DNA of 64,000 nucleotides from Rubripirellula sp. (GCA_965216875.1 OZ244207.1:2656001-2720000), one strand, 5' to 3'; counted from the first letter of the stretch, positions 30,053-40,225 are shown. The notes: generated from the sequence alone by a model not told the origin. A program made the numbers and translations.

Positions 30053-32610
30053 TACGTAAACCTCGGCTGTGGTGCGTTGGCCGGCTTCTTGTTCTCAATC
30101 CGCTGCAGAATCTCGGCCGTCTTGCGAGTGTTGGTGGCCGTCTCTTCGGCTGCCGAGGATCCACCGAGGCCGAGCAGCTGGGCGCCGAGTGCTGAGAACG
30201 AGCCGGCAGTTGTCTTGCCGCTCTTGCCGGCAAGATCCTTGCCTTTGCCAAGTGCTTTAGCCTTCTGATCCTCGGCTTTGGCGACTTTGTCGTCGTCGAT
30301 CACCTTGGCCTCTTGCTTCGTGCGTTTCACAAGCGCGTTGAGCTGCGCCAGTGACGCGTCTTTAAGTTTGCCGACAGTGACGTCGCCGCCTTCCTCGTTT
30401 GCGCGGCGGATCAGCTCGTCGCGTTTCGCCTTGGCGTCTGCGGTGCGTTGGTGAATCGCGACCAGCTCTTTTTCGAATGCACGGTTGCGTGCGAGCCTTT
30501 CAGCGTTTCGCTGATCGTCAGCCGTCTTCTGCCGTTTAGCGAGCTCGTCTTGTGCCACATCGAACACGGTGGCCGTTGCGCCGAGTGCCGCTGCGAGTCC
30601 TTTGGCCGCGCCCGTCTTGTCGAACTTCGAAACCTTCGTGAGCACTTTTTGCAGCTTGCCGAACACTGATTCCATGACGTAGGCGAGCGTTGACACGATC
30701 GATCGAAAGATCGTGACGATCCCATGACCCATCGTCGAAAAGTGTTCTTTCAGACCGAACACAAACCGCATCCACAATTGCGTCAACAAACCGGTGCCGG
30801 CAGTGAAGTAAGTGGTGAGAGTTGCCCACAGGATTTGGCCGGCCAGGGCGATGTTGCCGCCCATCAGTGCCGATGCGATACCGCCGAGCGTTTCTTTGAT
30901 GAAGTTAAACGCCGCGCTAATGATGAATCCAACGCCGGCAAAATACTCGCCGATCGATTGGCCAACCGATCCAAGACGTGAGAGCACATTGCCAACCACC
31001 CCAGAGATCTTCGTACCAATGCTTTTGAGGATCCTAAAAACGGATGCTTTGAGCCAGTTAAAGGCCTCGATAGCTCCTTCGGCGCCTGTAAAAAAGATCG
31101 CTTGCACGCCGGCCCAGAGAACCGCGGCCGCTCCACTGAAGTCTCCCTCTTTGAGCACGTCGCCGATTCCGCCAAAGGTCGTTTTAACGATCGACCAGAT
31201 TTGGCCCATCACCTCGCGAACCGGTAGCAGTGCGTCCCAGAACGCCAAGCCCCACTGCATGATCGCTTCGCGGTTGTAGTAGGCGACGGCGGCGATCGAT
31301 CCGAGTACAGCGATCGCGATCGCGGCCGGTGCTGCCATTGCCAGGAGGAACTTTCCGACGGCAACCAGGCCGCCGACAACGATCGGAATTGCGACGCTGA
31401 GAGCGGTCGAAATAAACCCTAACGAGACGAGCCCCGCGCCGGCCGTCGCAACTGCGACCGCAACTCCGAAGAGCGTCGCAACCAGGCCGCGGTTTTCGTC
31501 GATCCAACTCGCAATCACTCCGAGTAGGCTCGTGGCCATCTTTGCGAGCTTTGAAAGTGGCGGCGCGAGTGCACCACCGATTGCAATCGCGACACCCTCG
31601 GCGGCTGATTTTAGGATCCTGAAAGATCCGCCTAGGCCTGAGTCCATTTGTTCGGCCGTCTCGCCTGCGATTCCGCCGGCCGCCTTGATGTCGTCTGCCA
31701 GCTTGGCGATGTCGCCGGCCGATCGACCGATTGCCGAGGCTCCGGTGATTCCGAGCAGGCCGAACGCTTCATTGAACTTTGCCGCACGCTCGGCGGATCC
31801 GAGGTCCTTTGTCGCTTCGTCCACTTCACCGAGCACATCGACCAACGGTCGAGCGTTGCCGGCAGCGTCAACGAATGACACGCCAAAGATCTTCTGCAGC
31901 TTTTGAGCCTCTGCGCCTGTAAGCGTCAGCAAACGGCGAACGGCCGTGCCGGCTGCGCTGCCCTGGATCCCGACGTTTCCGAGTCCGCCGAGAACGGCCA
32001 GGGTGTCTTCAAAAGACATATTGAAGTCGCGCGCAACCGGCCCGGCATAGCTCAGCGCTTCGCCAATCTGATCGACCGTGTTAAACGACATATTGGCCGC
32101 GGCCGTCAGTCCGTCCGCGACTCGAGTCGCTTCGTCAGCATCGAGGCCAAACTGACGAATCGAGGCGCTCATGATTCCCGACGCTGCCACCGCTTCGGTA
32201 CCGGTTGCTCGAGCCAGGCTAAGAACCGATCCCGTCATCGCGTCAATTTGCGTCGGATCGAATCCGGCACGGCCGAGCTCCGTCATCAGGCCGCCGACTT
32301 CGGTCGCGGTAAAACTTGTGGTTCGACCGAGCTCTGCAGCTAACGAGCTCATATCTTCGAATTCTTCGGCCGTTGCCCGTGTCACGGCGCGAGTTTGCAG
32401 CATCGCATCGTCGAAACTTGCAAACGTCGCGACAGCGAGTGCGAGGGGCGCAGCTGCAGCAGCTCCGGATCCGAGAATCCCTGCGCCGATCGCCGTTGCC
32501 GAACGGCCGAACGCTCGCAGCTTTCGTGTTGCCGCCTTGATGCCCTTGTCGAGCTTGGCACGTAGACCAAGTTCAACGTATGCGTTGCCGGCTCTGACTT
32601 GCTTCGTCAT
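30052..32610 (-). CDS. Tape measure protein (TP901 family)
   Basis: LGRTT.FTA.EV, L.RAG, GIQGS.AGT, Ala/Gly-rich helical repeats, TM region. Confidence 0.92.
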   Translation of the reverse strand: MTKQVRAGNAYVELGLRAKLDKGIKAATRKLRAFGRSATAIGAGILGSGAAAAAPLALAVATFASFDDAMLQTRAVTRATAEEFEDMSSLAAELGRTTSFTATEVGGLMTELGRAGFDPTQIDAMTGSVLSLARATGTEAVAASGIMSASIRQFGLDADEATRVADGLTAAANMSFNTVDQIGEALSYAGPVARDFNMSFEDTLAVLGGLGNVGIQGSAAGTAVRRLLTLTGAEAQKLQKIFGVSFVDAAGNARPLVDVLGEVDEATKDLGSAERAAKFNEAFGLLGITGASAIGRSAGDIAKLADDIKAAGGIAGETAEQMDSGLGGSFRILKSAAEGVAIAIGGALAPPLSKLAKMATSLLGVIASWIDENRGLVATLFGVAVAVATAGAGLVSLGFISTALSVAIPIVVGGLVAVGKFLLAMAAPAAIAIAVLGSIAAVAYYNREAIMQWGLAFWDALLPVREVMGQIWSIVKTTFGGIGDVLKEGDFSGAAAVLWAGVQAIFFTGAEGAIEAFNWLKASVFRILKSIGTKISGVVGNVLSRLGSVGQSIGEYFAGVGFIISAAFNFIKETLGGIASALMGGNIALAGQILWATLTTYFTAGTGLLTQLWMRFVFGLKEHFSTMGHGIVTIFRSIVSTLAYVMESVFGKLQKVLTKVSKFDKTGAAKGLAAALGATATVFDVAQDELAKRQKTADDQRNAERLARNRAFEKELVAIHQRTADAKAKRDELIRRANEEGGDVTVGKLKDASLAQLNALVKRTKQEAKVIDDDKVAKAEDQKAKALGKGKDLAGKSGKTTAGSFSALGAQLLGLGGSSAAEETATNTRKTAEILQRIENKKPANAPQPRFT

Positions 32611-33149
32611 CAGCTACCCCTTACGGCGTTGCGCCAAGAGGTTGCGATCGTGCCGGCTGCGATCTCTTGATCGAGCGCCTTGCTCATAAAGGGTCGAGCC
32701 GGGTAGATCGCAACGCGTTTGCGTTGCTGCAGTGCTTTGCCAGGTCGATGGAATCGGTTGGTCTGATACCACTGACCGCGCCGCCGGTAACGCACCTCGG
32801 TGATAGGAACGGCGCCGCCAAATTCGTGGAGCTGGGGAATAGTCAACCGACCACCGGACCGCCTCACACGGTTCAGCCGGACTGGCCCAACGACAACGCT
32901 TTGACTTTGCTTGTCGTAGAAAAACAGGATCGTTCGCAGCGACGCCCCTGAGTCGGTGTGTGTGCTCGGGGCCTGGTCAGGTCGCGCAACCCCTTTGCGT
33001 GGACGAAGAATTCGCCGCCGCGCTCTTGTGCGAATGAACGCTCCCTGGCGCGACAGAACGCGAACGCGAGCCTGGTCGACGCGCCGCATGACTTCGGCAC
33101 GGTCGAAGAACAGTTTCGAAACGCTGTAGGTTGGAGCGAGCGCGACCAT
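32610..33149 (-). CDS. Putative tail completion/neck protein (HK97 gp10-like)
   Basis: Basic; HEFGG and PARPFM..AL motifs. Confidence 0.65.
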   Translation of the reverse strand: MVALAPTYSVSKLFFDRAEVMRRVDQARVRVLSRQGAFIRTRARRRILRPRKGVARPDQAPSTHTDSGASLRTILFFYDKQSQSVVVGPVRLNRVRRSGGRLTIPQLHEFGGAVPITEVRYRRRGQWYQTNRFHRPGKALQQRKRVAIYPARPFMSKALDQEIAAGTIATSWRNAVRGS

Positions 33150-33163
33150 GTTTCCGCGGAAAC
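33150..33163. promoter_or_regulatory. parS-like palindrome (intergenic, abutting start codon)
   Basis: GTTTCCGCGGAAAC. Confidence 0.7.
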
Positions 33164-33168
33164 GTTTC

Positions 33169-33441
33169 TCAGGCGTCCCGCACTTGATCCGGTGTTACGT
33201 GAAGGATCGAAACGGGCCGCTTTTGGGCCAGCTTCTTAAATTCACCGGATACAAAGTCAGAGTCGAACTTGGTCGGCCGGCGACGTCGCTGTCGCTTCAT
33301 TGGGTTCCACTCGTCGGGCCTGGTCGCTGACGCTCCGGATCCCCGGTTTGCGTTGTAGACCAAACTCAACAGAGCGGCGGTGTGCTCCCACTGGTCGGAG
33401 CGTTTTGCGTTTGCCGCGTCGACCAGCTGCCCAAACGTCAT
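33169..33441 (-). CDS. Putative tail assembly chaperone, distal (T-like) part
   Basis: In -1 frame relative to upstream chaperone; W..TA.L....N and NPM motifs. Confidence 0.5.
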   Translation of the reverse strand: MTFGQLVDAANAKRSDQWEHTAALLSLVYNANRGSGASATRPDEWNPMKRQRRRRPTKFDSDFVSGEFKKLAQKRPVSILHVTPDQVRDA

Positions 33442-33476
33442 GCGCTGGGCAAAAGGATCAACGCCGGCGATCGCAC

Positions 33477-33989
33477 TTAGCTGGGCGACGATTGACCAGC
33501 CGTCGGCTGATCTTCTTCGTCGCCTTCGCCTACCAACTTGGCGAGTGCCTTTCGTCGCTTCGACGCGCTCTTGCGGAGTTGATTCTTTGCGATTCGATCG
33601 GCCTGGGCCCGATCGACCAGACGGTTTGCTTCCTTGCGATCGTCTCGATCGGCGGCGACCATTGCTCTTGCGAGCTCGGCCTGCGCAGAGCGACCGATCG
33701 AATCGGAAAAAGACGCGTAGGCTCGCAGCCAGCAATCCGAAACCTCGTCGAGCTTCGGTGTGATCTCGCGAATGAACTGATCTTCGTCGACGTCGCGGTT
33801 TTCGGCCTGCGGTCGAATCGAATGCCACACGTAGTGAGCAAAGTCGATCGGGTTGCCGATCACCTGTTGCATGCCCTCGTTCGTGACGATGTCGACACCG
33901 ATCTCGGCTCGAATGTCACGGACTCGGGGAAGGTCGTAGGCGATCTCGTAGTCGTGATCGCCCGCTGTGAAGGTGGTTTTGTTTGACAT
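33477..33989 (-). CDS. Putative tail assembly chaperone (G-like)
   Basis: Between tail tube and tape measure; acidic helical. Confidence 0.6.
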   Translation of the reverse strand: MSNKTTFTAGDHDYEIAYDLPRVRDIRAEIGVDIVTNEGMQQVIGNPIDFAHYVWHSIRPQAENRDVDEDQFIREITPKLDEVSDCWLRAYASFSDSIGRSAQAELARAMVAADRDDRKEANRLVDRAQADRIAKNQLRKSASKRRKALAKLVGEGDEEDQPTAGQSSPS

Positions 33990-34060
33990 GGTTCTCGGAA
34001 TTTACGTTTTGACGGAAAAGCGAATTTCGCTAAGCTGACAGACGCTACAGGTGCACTAAT

Positions 34061-34092
34061 GAGGTCGGCAAACCTTTCGGTTTGCCGGCCTC
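34061..34092 (-). other. Stable stem-loop (GAAA tetraloop), no U-tract
   Basis: 14-bp stem with one mismatch downstream of 34106 gene. Confidence 0.5.
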
Positions 34093-34105
34093 ACGCCTTT
34101 TGGGC

Positions 34106-34738
34106 CTAGAGCTTGCGTTTGCCTTTTGGGTCCGGCTTTTCGGTTTCGGCTTCCGCTTCGTCAGCTTCCGCTTCATCCTTTGCACGCTGCTCGAGCTCGG
34201 CTTGCTCGGCCTCTTCCCGCTCGGCTTGTTCGGCAGCTTCACGATCAGCCTTTTCCTTGGCTTCGCGTTTCTTTTTCGCTTCGGCCTTCTTTCTCGCTTC
34301 GCGATCGGCCTTTTCTTTGGCCTTACGCTGGGCCTCTTCGGCGAGCTTCTGCTTTTGTCGCTCTTTCTCGTCGGCTGCCTTGCGCGCTTGCTCGGCCTCG
34401 GCTTTTGCTTTGGCTTTGGATTCATCCGCTGCGGTGGCCGCATCCGCAGCGTCGCCCCGGTGCTCTTGCTCGAGCTTCTCGACAATTGCGTCGACGTGTT
34501 CGCTGTCGATCGATTCGTGATCACCGATCAGCTTTTCGAGCGTCACTCGCTGAACAGTCGTCACCATCGATGGTGGGAAACTCTCGAGCTTCTTGAGCGC
34601 TCGGATACTGGCGTCGGGATGCTCTGCGGCGAGCTTGATCAGTGGCAAGATGTCGGCCACGCGGATTTGAACGTTGACCGAGGCGCTGAGGAGCTCACGA
34701 ATCTTCTCGATCGTGGCTTTGGGCGTTAGTTTCTGCAT
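34106..34738 (-). CDS. Hypothetical protein with Glu/Lys/Ala-rich helical tail
   Basis: GAAGGA SD; low-complexity EAK repeats. Confidence 0.65.
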   Translation of the reverse strand: MQKLTPKATIEKIRELLSASVNVQIRVADILPLIKLAAEHPDASIRALKKLESFPPSMVTTVQRVTLEKLIGDHESIDSEHVDAIVEKLEQEHRGDAADAATAADESKAKAKAEAEQARKAADEKERQKQKLAEEAQRKAKEKADREARKKAEAKKKREAKEKADREAAEQAEREEAEQAELEQRAKDEAEADEAEAETEKPDPKGKRKL

Positions 34739-34805
34739 CGTTTCGATCCTTCGTGTGGATGCTTGGTTTGAGAGTGGATTGGTTAAGAGGGTTGCCAGCG
34801 ATCGA

Positions 34806-35300
34806 CTATGGAACGCTGATCAAGACCGGCTCGATCTCCCAAGGATCAGGAGCGTCGACCGGATGCTCGGCGTCGGCGAACTTGAGCAGCACGTCGACTT
34901 CGACAACGCCCTCAAAGGGACGCGATTCGTCGAACTTCTCGACGTTGAACGGACCGCGGAAACCGTTGGCACCATCGAGCGTGATGTCACGATCGACCGC
35001 GGTGTAGTCGACGCACATATCATCGCCCTCGTAGGCTGCCTTCAGCTCAGCGAAGATCAGGTCCGTACCTCGTTTGCGGCGATACTTGAAACCGATCGTT
35101 TTGGTTCGCACGCCGCGGATATTGCGGGTGAACCCTGAACCTTTGATCTTGAAATCGTTGCCGCCTCGGCTGTCGGGTAGATCGACGTCTTCGGTGCGAG
35201 TGATTCGAGTCCAAACCGGGTTTTGAAAGTCACCCGATAGGTTCAAGTACTCGAACGTGCTGTGGCCGGGGAATGCCCCTTTGTCGTCGGTAACTGGCAT
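34806..35300 (-). CDS. Putative major tail tube protein
   Basis: 164 aa, beta-rich, GGAG SD, position after tail terminator. Confidence 0.65.
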   Translation of the reverse strand: MPVTDDKGAFPGHSTFEYLNLSGDFQNPVWTRITRTEDVDLPDSRGGNDFKIKGSGFTRNIRGVRTKTIGFKYRRKRGTDLIFAELKAAYEGDDMCVDYTAVDRDITLDGANGFRGPFNVEKFDESRPFEGVVEVDVLLKFADAEHPVDAPDPWEIEPVLISVP

Positions 35301-35303
35301 CGC

Positions 35304-35852
35304 TTACTCCATGCGTTGGAAGGGGACAGTGATCACCGTCAGAAAGATTTGGTCAGAGTCGAGCAGCTCGTTGTCGAGCGTGGCCGGCTGTGTTGGTGTG
35401 CGGGCATAAAAGCCCTCGAATTGGCGATTGGCAAACATGCCTGCGTGCGACTCGTCTGGGCCGTCGTAGACGTCCGAGTCGACGCGACAAAATGAGTCAA
35501 AGATCTTCTCTGCGATCGTGTCGAGCGGATCGATCAGATCGACGTCATTGATCGCTTCGCCGTCGATGTTCGGCGGCAGTTTCCAAACCACTCCGATCTC
35601 GATCGACACATCGCGTGCGGAAACGCGGCCCTCTTCGCCGTTTCGGCCGCGACTTGCCGGCCGCACCGTCACGATCGGCTTGTCGAGCTCTTTCTTGGTC
35701 GCGAATGACGGGTGCCAAAGCGGACGCACGCCGACGGCCGCCGAGATCTCTTCATCGTTTCGATCGGTGTAGGTCACAGCCTCACCATCGAGAAGTTCAT
35801 CGGCGAGCCATGTGGCGACTTGGTTTGCGAGTCGTTTTGCGCGGCTTGTCAC
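35304..35852 (-). CDS. Putative tail terminator
   Basis: Acidic, synteny. Confidence 0.5.
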   Translation of the reverse strand: MTSRAKRLANQVATWLADELLDGEAVTYTDRNDEEISAAVGVRPLWHPSFATKKELDKPIVTVRPASRGRNGEEGRVSARDVSIEIGVVWKLPPNIDGEAINDVDLIDPLDTIAEKIFDSFCRVDSDVYDGPDESHAGMFANRQFEGFYARTPTQPATLDNELLDSDQIFLTVITVPFQRME

Positions 35853-36220
35853 GGATCAATCTTGTCGGTGTGGATTCGCATTCGAACCTCGCGAGCGTCG
35901 GTGTATCGAAACGCCGCGCCTCGAGGTCCTTTGCAAAGTTCGTAAACGTGTCCCGTATCTTCGAGCGTGATCGTCGCACCTGGTCGCGGTTCGACTTGCT
36001 CGCCTTTGTGCACCATGTCGGCCGACTCACAAAGGAAGTCGTTCGTGTTGGTGCCGATCTCAACCTCGCCCTCGCCTCTGGCTTCGGACGATTGACTATT
36101 GGCCGGTGTGACTTCTAGCCGGATCTTCACCGCGCCGTCTTGGTAGACGGCCCATCCACCAGCGACGCGGTTAAGCGTTCGCTGGTGCAATCGCAGTGCG
36201 GTCCGGAAGATGTCGACCAT
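35849..36220 (-). CDS. Putative head-closure (FII-like) protein
   Basis: 123 aa after capsid; P.PG..I motif. Confidence 0.55.
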   Translation of the reverse strand: MVDIFRTALRLHQRTLNRVAGGWAVYQDGAVKIRLEVTPANSQSSEARGEGEVEIGTNTNDFLCESADMVHKGEQVEPRPGATITLEDTGHVYELCKGPRGAAFRYTDAREVRMRIHTDKIDP

Positions 36221-36223
36221 GGA

Positions 36224-37150
36224 CTAGGCGGGTACAACCGCCTCCGTTTTTCGGACGCTCGATGTCGTCAGAATCGGCACGTTGTGAGCATCGTCTGGGT
36301 ACGGTGCCGGTGTGCCTGTTGAGTTGGTCGCGGTACGACTCTTGCGAAGAAGCCCACGGGCTTTCTTGTTCATCACGAGGTGCGTCGCCGGCGCTTCCTC
36401 AGGGAACAAGTCAAGCAGGTCGCTGATCATGTCGTCATCAAGCGAGTTTTGGATGTTCGCGAGACGGGCGACAGACTTGGTTGTGGCGATCTGCAATCCA
36501 AGCCAGCCGGCAATCGGCTGCGCGTAACACGGGAAGAGGTTGCCGCTGGCGTCCTCCATGAACTGCTCAAAGTACTCGGAGATCTCGATGTTACCGTTTC
36601 CAAGCACAACACTGACACCGGTTTCATCTGGCACCGTTCGGACAGCCCACACCGAGGTTTGTTGGTTCGCAGTGGCACCACCTGCACCGATCACCATCTC
36701 CTCGGATAGAGCGTTGAAGATGTCAGCAAGGCCTTCAAAGCCCTTGTTGTCATCTGCAACGCCATAGAGTGACTGCTCTTCCGCCTTTCGGAACGCAGCC
36801 CGAAGGTGGCGGTTTCCTTCGCGTGCCATGTGCCCCGACACGCCGCGTCTCTTGTCGATCTCGGCGACCATCTTGTCGACGTGGAATGATGCGTCGAGGA
36901 TCTTCAGGCTCAAGGTGACAAGTTCGTCGCCAGACTTGTCGTGTTCGCGACCTTGGTTTACTTCGCGGAAACCAACGACGGGCGCCTCAGTCTCTTTTAG
37001 AAACGAGTGCGATTGACCGTTGGTAGACTCGATCGCGTGCATCGCAGAGAACCACGGCGCGCCATTGAAGATCTCCGTCGCACCCGCATCGCGAGCGTTC
37101 ATGTCGTTGATTTTGGCCATGTCGGCCAATGTCTGCAGATCGTCTGGCAT
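36224..37150 (-). CDS. Major capsid protein
   Basis: 308 aa after protease/scaffold; P.VGFR.VN.G, YG..DD..GF.GL, TSVWAVR; strong AAGGAAG SD. Confidence 0.8.
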   Translation of the reverse strand: MPDDLQTLADMAKINDMNARDAGATEIFNGAPWFSAMHAIESTNGQSHSFLKETEAPVVGFREVNQGREHDKSGDELVTLSLKILDASFHVDKMVAEIDKRRGVSGHMAREGNRHLRAAFRKAEEQSLYGVADDNKGFEGLADIFNALSEEMVIGAGGATANQQTSVWAVRTVPDETGVSVVLGNGNIEISEYFEQFMEDASGNLFPCYAQPIAGWLGLQIATTKSVARLANIQNSLDDDMISDLLDLFPEEAPATHLVMNKKARGLLRKSRTATNSTGTPAPYPDDAHNVPILTTSSVRKTEAVVPA

Positions 37151-37307
37151 CTTCGCTTCCTTGCGGTTGGTGGACGGTCTCGATTGCTAAAAAAGGGTAG
37201 TCCTTCACTGCCGCAAGCCCGTCCCAGCAAACTGGGTACGGGCTCACAACTTGCTCATTCGACGGACGAAACCGGCAAACAAGCTCACCTGCTTGATCGT
37301 TGTCGCG

Positions 37308-38633
37308 CTAGCTCGCTGCGGATGCCCCCCGTTCCTTGAACAAGCTTGCCCATCCGCCCCCGCTGCTCGACTTGTCGCCGGAGCTGCCCTTGGCTGGTGC
37401 ACCGGTGGCAATTTCCTCCTCTTCACCGAGTGCAAGCGATTCGAGCTTCGCTTCCGCTTCGTCGGCCCGCTTGGTTTCGGCTTGCAGCTTCTCATCGAGA
37501 GCGACAATGTGAGTCTCGCAAGCGTCGCCCCAGTTCAGGCCGTCGGAGAAGTACTTCGCGCCGGTTTCGGTACCGAAGGCCTTCATGTATCGCTGCAGCT
37601 CGGCACGCGTTTCGAGCGCACCAGGCTTGCCCGCGTTCGATTCGCTGGCCTTTGGCTTATCCGATTCGTTGGTCGAATCGCTGGCCGTTTCCTTGGCGGG
37701 GGTTTCCGTCGACATGATCACCGTCCTTTTGGAGTTGGTGGATTGTTTGAGTGCCTCGAGGCTTTCAGAGAACGATTCGACTGAGTCGATCAGTGAGAGA
37801 TCTTTCGCGCGTTCCGCGACGTGCACGCGTCCATCGTTGAGCGACTTCACCGTCGACTCCGAGAGTCCGCGGCCGTTTTGAACCGCTTCCAGGAAGAAGG
37901 AATTCAGGCTGTCGATCAGCTTCTGTCGTTCCTCGAGCTGCGCGTCGGTCACTTCGGTGCCAGGTTGAAACGAACCTTTGAACTCGCCAGCTTTGACGAC
38001 GTGCACCTTCACGCCGAGCATTTCGGCCGCTTTGCTGTAGTCGTCGATCACCGCAAACGTTCCGATCGATCCGACCAGCGCCGTTGCGTTGGCCGATACT
38101 CGGGCTGCTTGCGATCCGAACCAGTAGGCGGCCGATGCGCCGAGATCTTCAAAGTGAGCGTGAACCGGTTTTTTCTTGGCTGCATTGGCGACTTCGTTGC
38201 CGAGCTCGCGCGTGCCAGCAACCGTTCCACCTGGTGACTCGATCCGCAGCATGATCGCGGAAACGTTTGGATCCTTTGCGGCCGTGCGAATCGATTGCCG
38301 CAGCATGACCGTCGACGCATTGCTCGAGAAACTTGCGCGGTGCTTCATCATCGCCCCGCGGCAGGAGACGATCGCCGTCCCGTCGCTGATTCGCGTGTAG
38401 GGGCTGTAGTAGTCGCCGGCACCAATATCACAGTCAGGGTGAGCAGCTTCGAGATCCTCGAGGCCGTTGGCTTCCACCTGTTGCAGATGCGATCGCAAGT
38501 TGAGCGATCGAATCGATTCGGTGAGTGCCTGCAGGTGGTCCGGTAAAATCGCCCACGGTCCGACCCACTGCTGAAAGTGTGGGACGTTTGCGACAGCTGC
38601 AGCGTCGAATTGAAGTTCGATCGGCTTGGTCAC
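37308..38633 (-). CDS. S49 (SppA/lambda gpC-like) prohead protease with C-terminal scaffold
   Basis: IESPGG, GASAAYW, VGSIG, KAGEFKG; GTG start with AGGAGG SD overlapping portal stop. Confidence 0.9.
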   Translation of the reverse strand: MTKPIELQFDAAAVANVPHFQQWVGPWAILPDHLQALTESIRSLNLRSHLQQVEANGLEDLEAAHPDCDIGAGDYYSPYTRISDGTAIVSCRGAMMKHRASFSSNASTVMLRQSIRTAAKDPNVSAIMLRIESPGGTVAGTRELGNEVANAAKKKPVHAHFEDLGASAAYWFGSQAARVSANATALVGSIGTFAVIDDYSKAAEMLGVKVHVVKAGEFKGSFQPGTEVTDAQLEERQKLIDSLNSFFLEAVQNGRGLSESTVKSLNDGRVHVAERAKDLSLIDSVESFSESLEALKQSTNSKRTVIMSTETPAKETASDSTNESDKPKASESNAGKPGALETRAELQRYMKAFGTETGAKYFSDGLNWGDACETHIVALDEKLQAETKRADEAEAKLESLALGEEEEIATGAPAKGSSGDKSSSGGGWASLFKERGASAAS

Positions 38634-40225
38634 GCGTCGCCCTCCTGTGGCACTGCCACATTGATCTCGGGATAAATCGCGTAATCGAGTTTCATCGCAT
38701 CCTCGTCGCCAAGAATCTCTTTCGAGATTTTGCGACACTCAGCGATCACGCGAGCGGTGGTGCGCATGTTGTCGTACACACTGCCTTTGCCTCGTTGCTT
38801 GCAGATTCGCTCCGGATTGTCGAAACCGGCGCCAACCGCTTCTTTGTCGCCTCGAATCTCTTTGGTTGGATCCCACCACGGCATTCCGCGGGGCACCCAT
38901 TCCGTCTCGACGTCGGTCACGATCATGCCAGGCGGCAATTGCAGGCGGCCGGCTTGAACGAACTGCCGCATCTTCCAGAGTCCGTAGTCCTCACGCATCT
39001 GGATCTGATCGTCGCGTTTGTCCAACGCCGCGCGGTCGTAGTGCATCCAAGCGGCGCGGCTGCCGAAAAAGTTCGTGTGAGACTCGTCGTAGAACGAGTA
39101 GGGGATATCGAGCGACTTCAGAGCGACACCGATCACCAGGCTGCAGAATTGCTGCATCTCGGTCGACGGTGTCTTACTCTCGAGGAACTCGGCGCGATCC
39201 TTGCCATCGAGCTCGAGGTGAACGGGACCGAGGCCAAAGTTAACCTCGTACCGCTTACCCTCTGGGCCATCTTCGTCGTCGCCTTCGTCGATCTCGGTGT
39301 ATTCACCCGCGCCATTCTTGGCGTCTGAGAAGATCGACAGCGCGAACAGCTGCGAGACTTTCATCTTCGCGAGTGCGTAGTCGATCCCGCTGTAGACGTC
39401 GCGCAGGTTATTGAGCGCGGCAACGATCGGCGAAACACCTCGCACCTGGTCCGATGCATATCGCAGAAAATGGCCGTAGTGGATCAGGTTGCGAGCAGGA
39501 ACGATTCGCTCGAGCTCGTAGCCACTGCCACCGCGGCCGCGGCGATGCAGTGCAAAGTCGAGGGCTCGGCCGGCGGGCCCAAGTCGCACGCCCGATTCCC
39601 ATTCACTGATGTCACCGTTTCCGCGGAAACGCTTGTCGCGGAGATCTTTGTCGGTGAGATTGCGAATCAGATCGCTTTCGATTCCCTGCATTCGGCCGTT
39701 TCGAAGCAACGCCAAACCGGTATCGCCGTCGATCGTCCGACGCAGCTCGGCCATGCGAAACATCTTTTCGCGAGTGAACCGGCCGCCGGCGTCACACTTG
39801 CCCGCTTTCGAGTCGATCATCATCTCGCGTTCGAGATCGTTGTCGAGTTTCTCGAGCTGCTCGGGTGTGAATCGCTGCAGCAACCTCTCCGAGTTGCGGT
39901 TGCGGCCGTGGAAGTCGAACAAAGCGACGTAGTCGAGGTGGCGACGAATCATCCAGCCGGCAATCGCAAAATTGCGCACCAGGTCTTGAGAGGCCGCGGT
40001 GAGTTTGGTTCGGCGGCCGTGATGCAACAATCGATCTTCGCGGACGATCGTCGAGGGGCCTTTTTTCCGTCGGCCTTTCGATTCGAGCGCGTCGTATCCG
40101 CCACCCGTGCCGACAACACCGCCCATCGATGAAGCTGCGACGGTCGTACCGGTAGCGATCGCCAACTGGTCGGTGCAGGCGTCGGCAGCGGTAAGCATGA
40201 GCAGGAATCCAATCAGGCGAATCAT
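38630..40225 (-). CDS. Portal protein, lambda family
   Basis: DLVRN, GV.LG..GR, Q.RGVSP, W.DP.KE motifs. Confidence 0.88.
   Translation of the reverse strand: MIRLIGFLLMLTAADACTDQLAIATGTTVAASSMGGVVGTGGGYDALESKGRRKKGPSTIVREDRLLHHGRRTKLTAASQDLVRNFAIAGWMIRRHLDYVALFDFHGRNRNSERLLQRFTPEQLEKLDNDLEREMMIDSKAGKCDAGGRFTREKMFRMAELRRTIDGDTGLALLRNGRMQGIESDLIRNLTDKDLRDKRFRGNGDISEWESGVRLGPAGRALDFALHRRGRGGSGYELERIVPARNLIHYGHFLRYASDQVRGVSPIVAALNNLRDVYSGIDYALAKMKVSQLFALSIFSDAKNGAGEYTEIDEGDDEDGPEGKRYEVNFGLGPVHLELDGKDRAEFLESKTPSTEMQQFCSLVIGVALKSLDIPYSFYDESHTNFFGSRAAWMHYDRAALDKRDDQIQMREDYGLWKMRQFVQAGRLQLPPGMIVTDVETEWVPRGMPWWDPTKEIRGDKEAVGAGFDNPERICKQRGKGSVYDNMRTTARVIAECRKISKEILGDEDAMKLDYAIYPEINVAVPQEGDA
39616..39631. 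promoter_or_regulatory. parS-like palindrome within portal gene
   Basis: CGTTTCCGCGGAAACG. Confidence 0.65.

Noticed and set aside
34950..34963. Additional parS-like copy (GGACCGCGGAAAC)
   Set aside because: Left arm has several mismatches, so it is only a half-site
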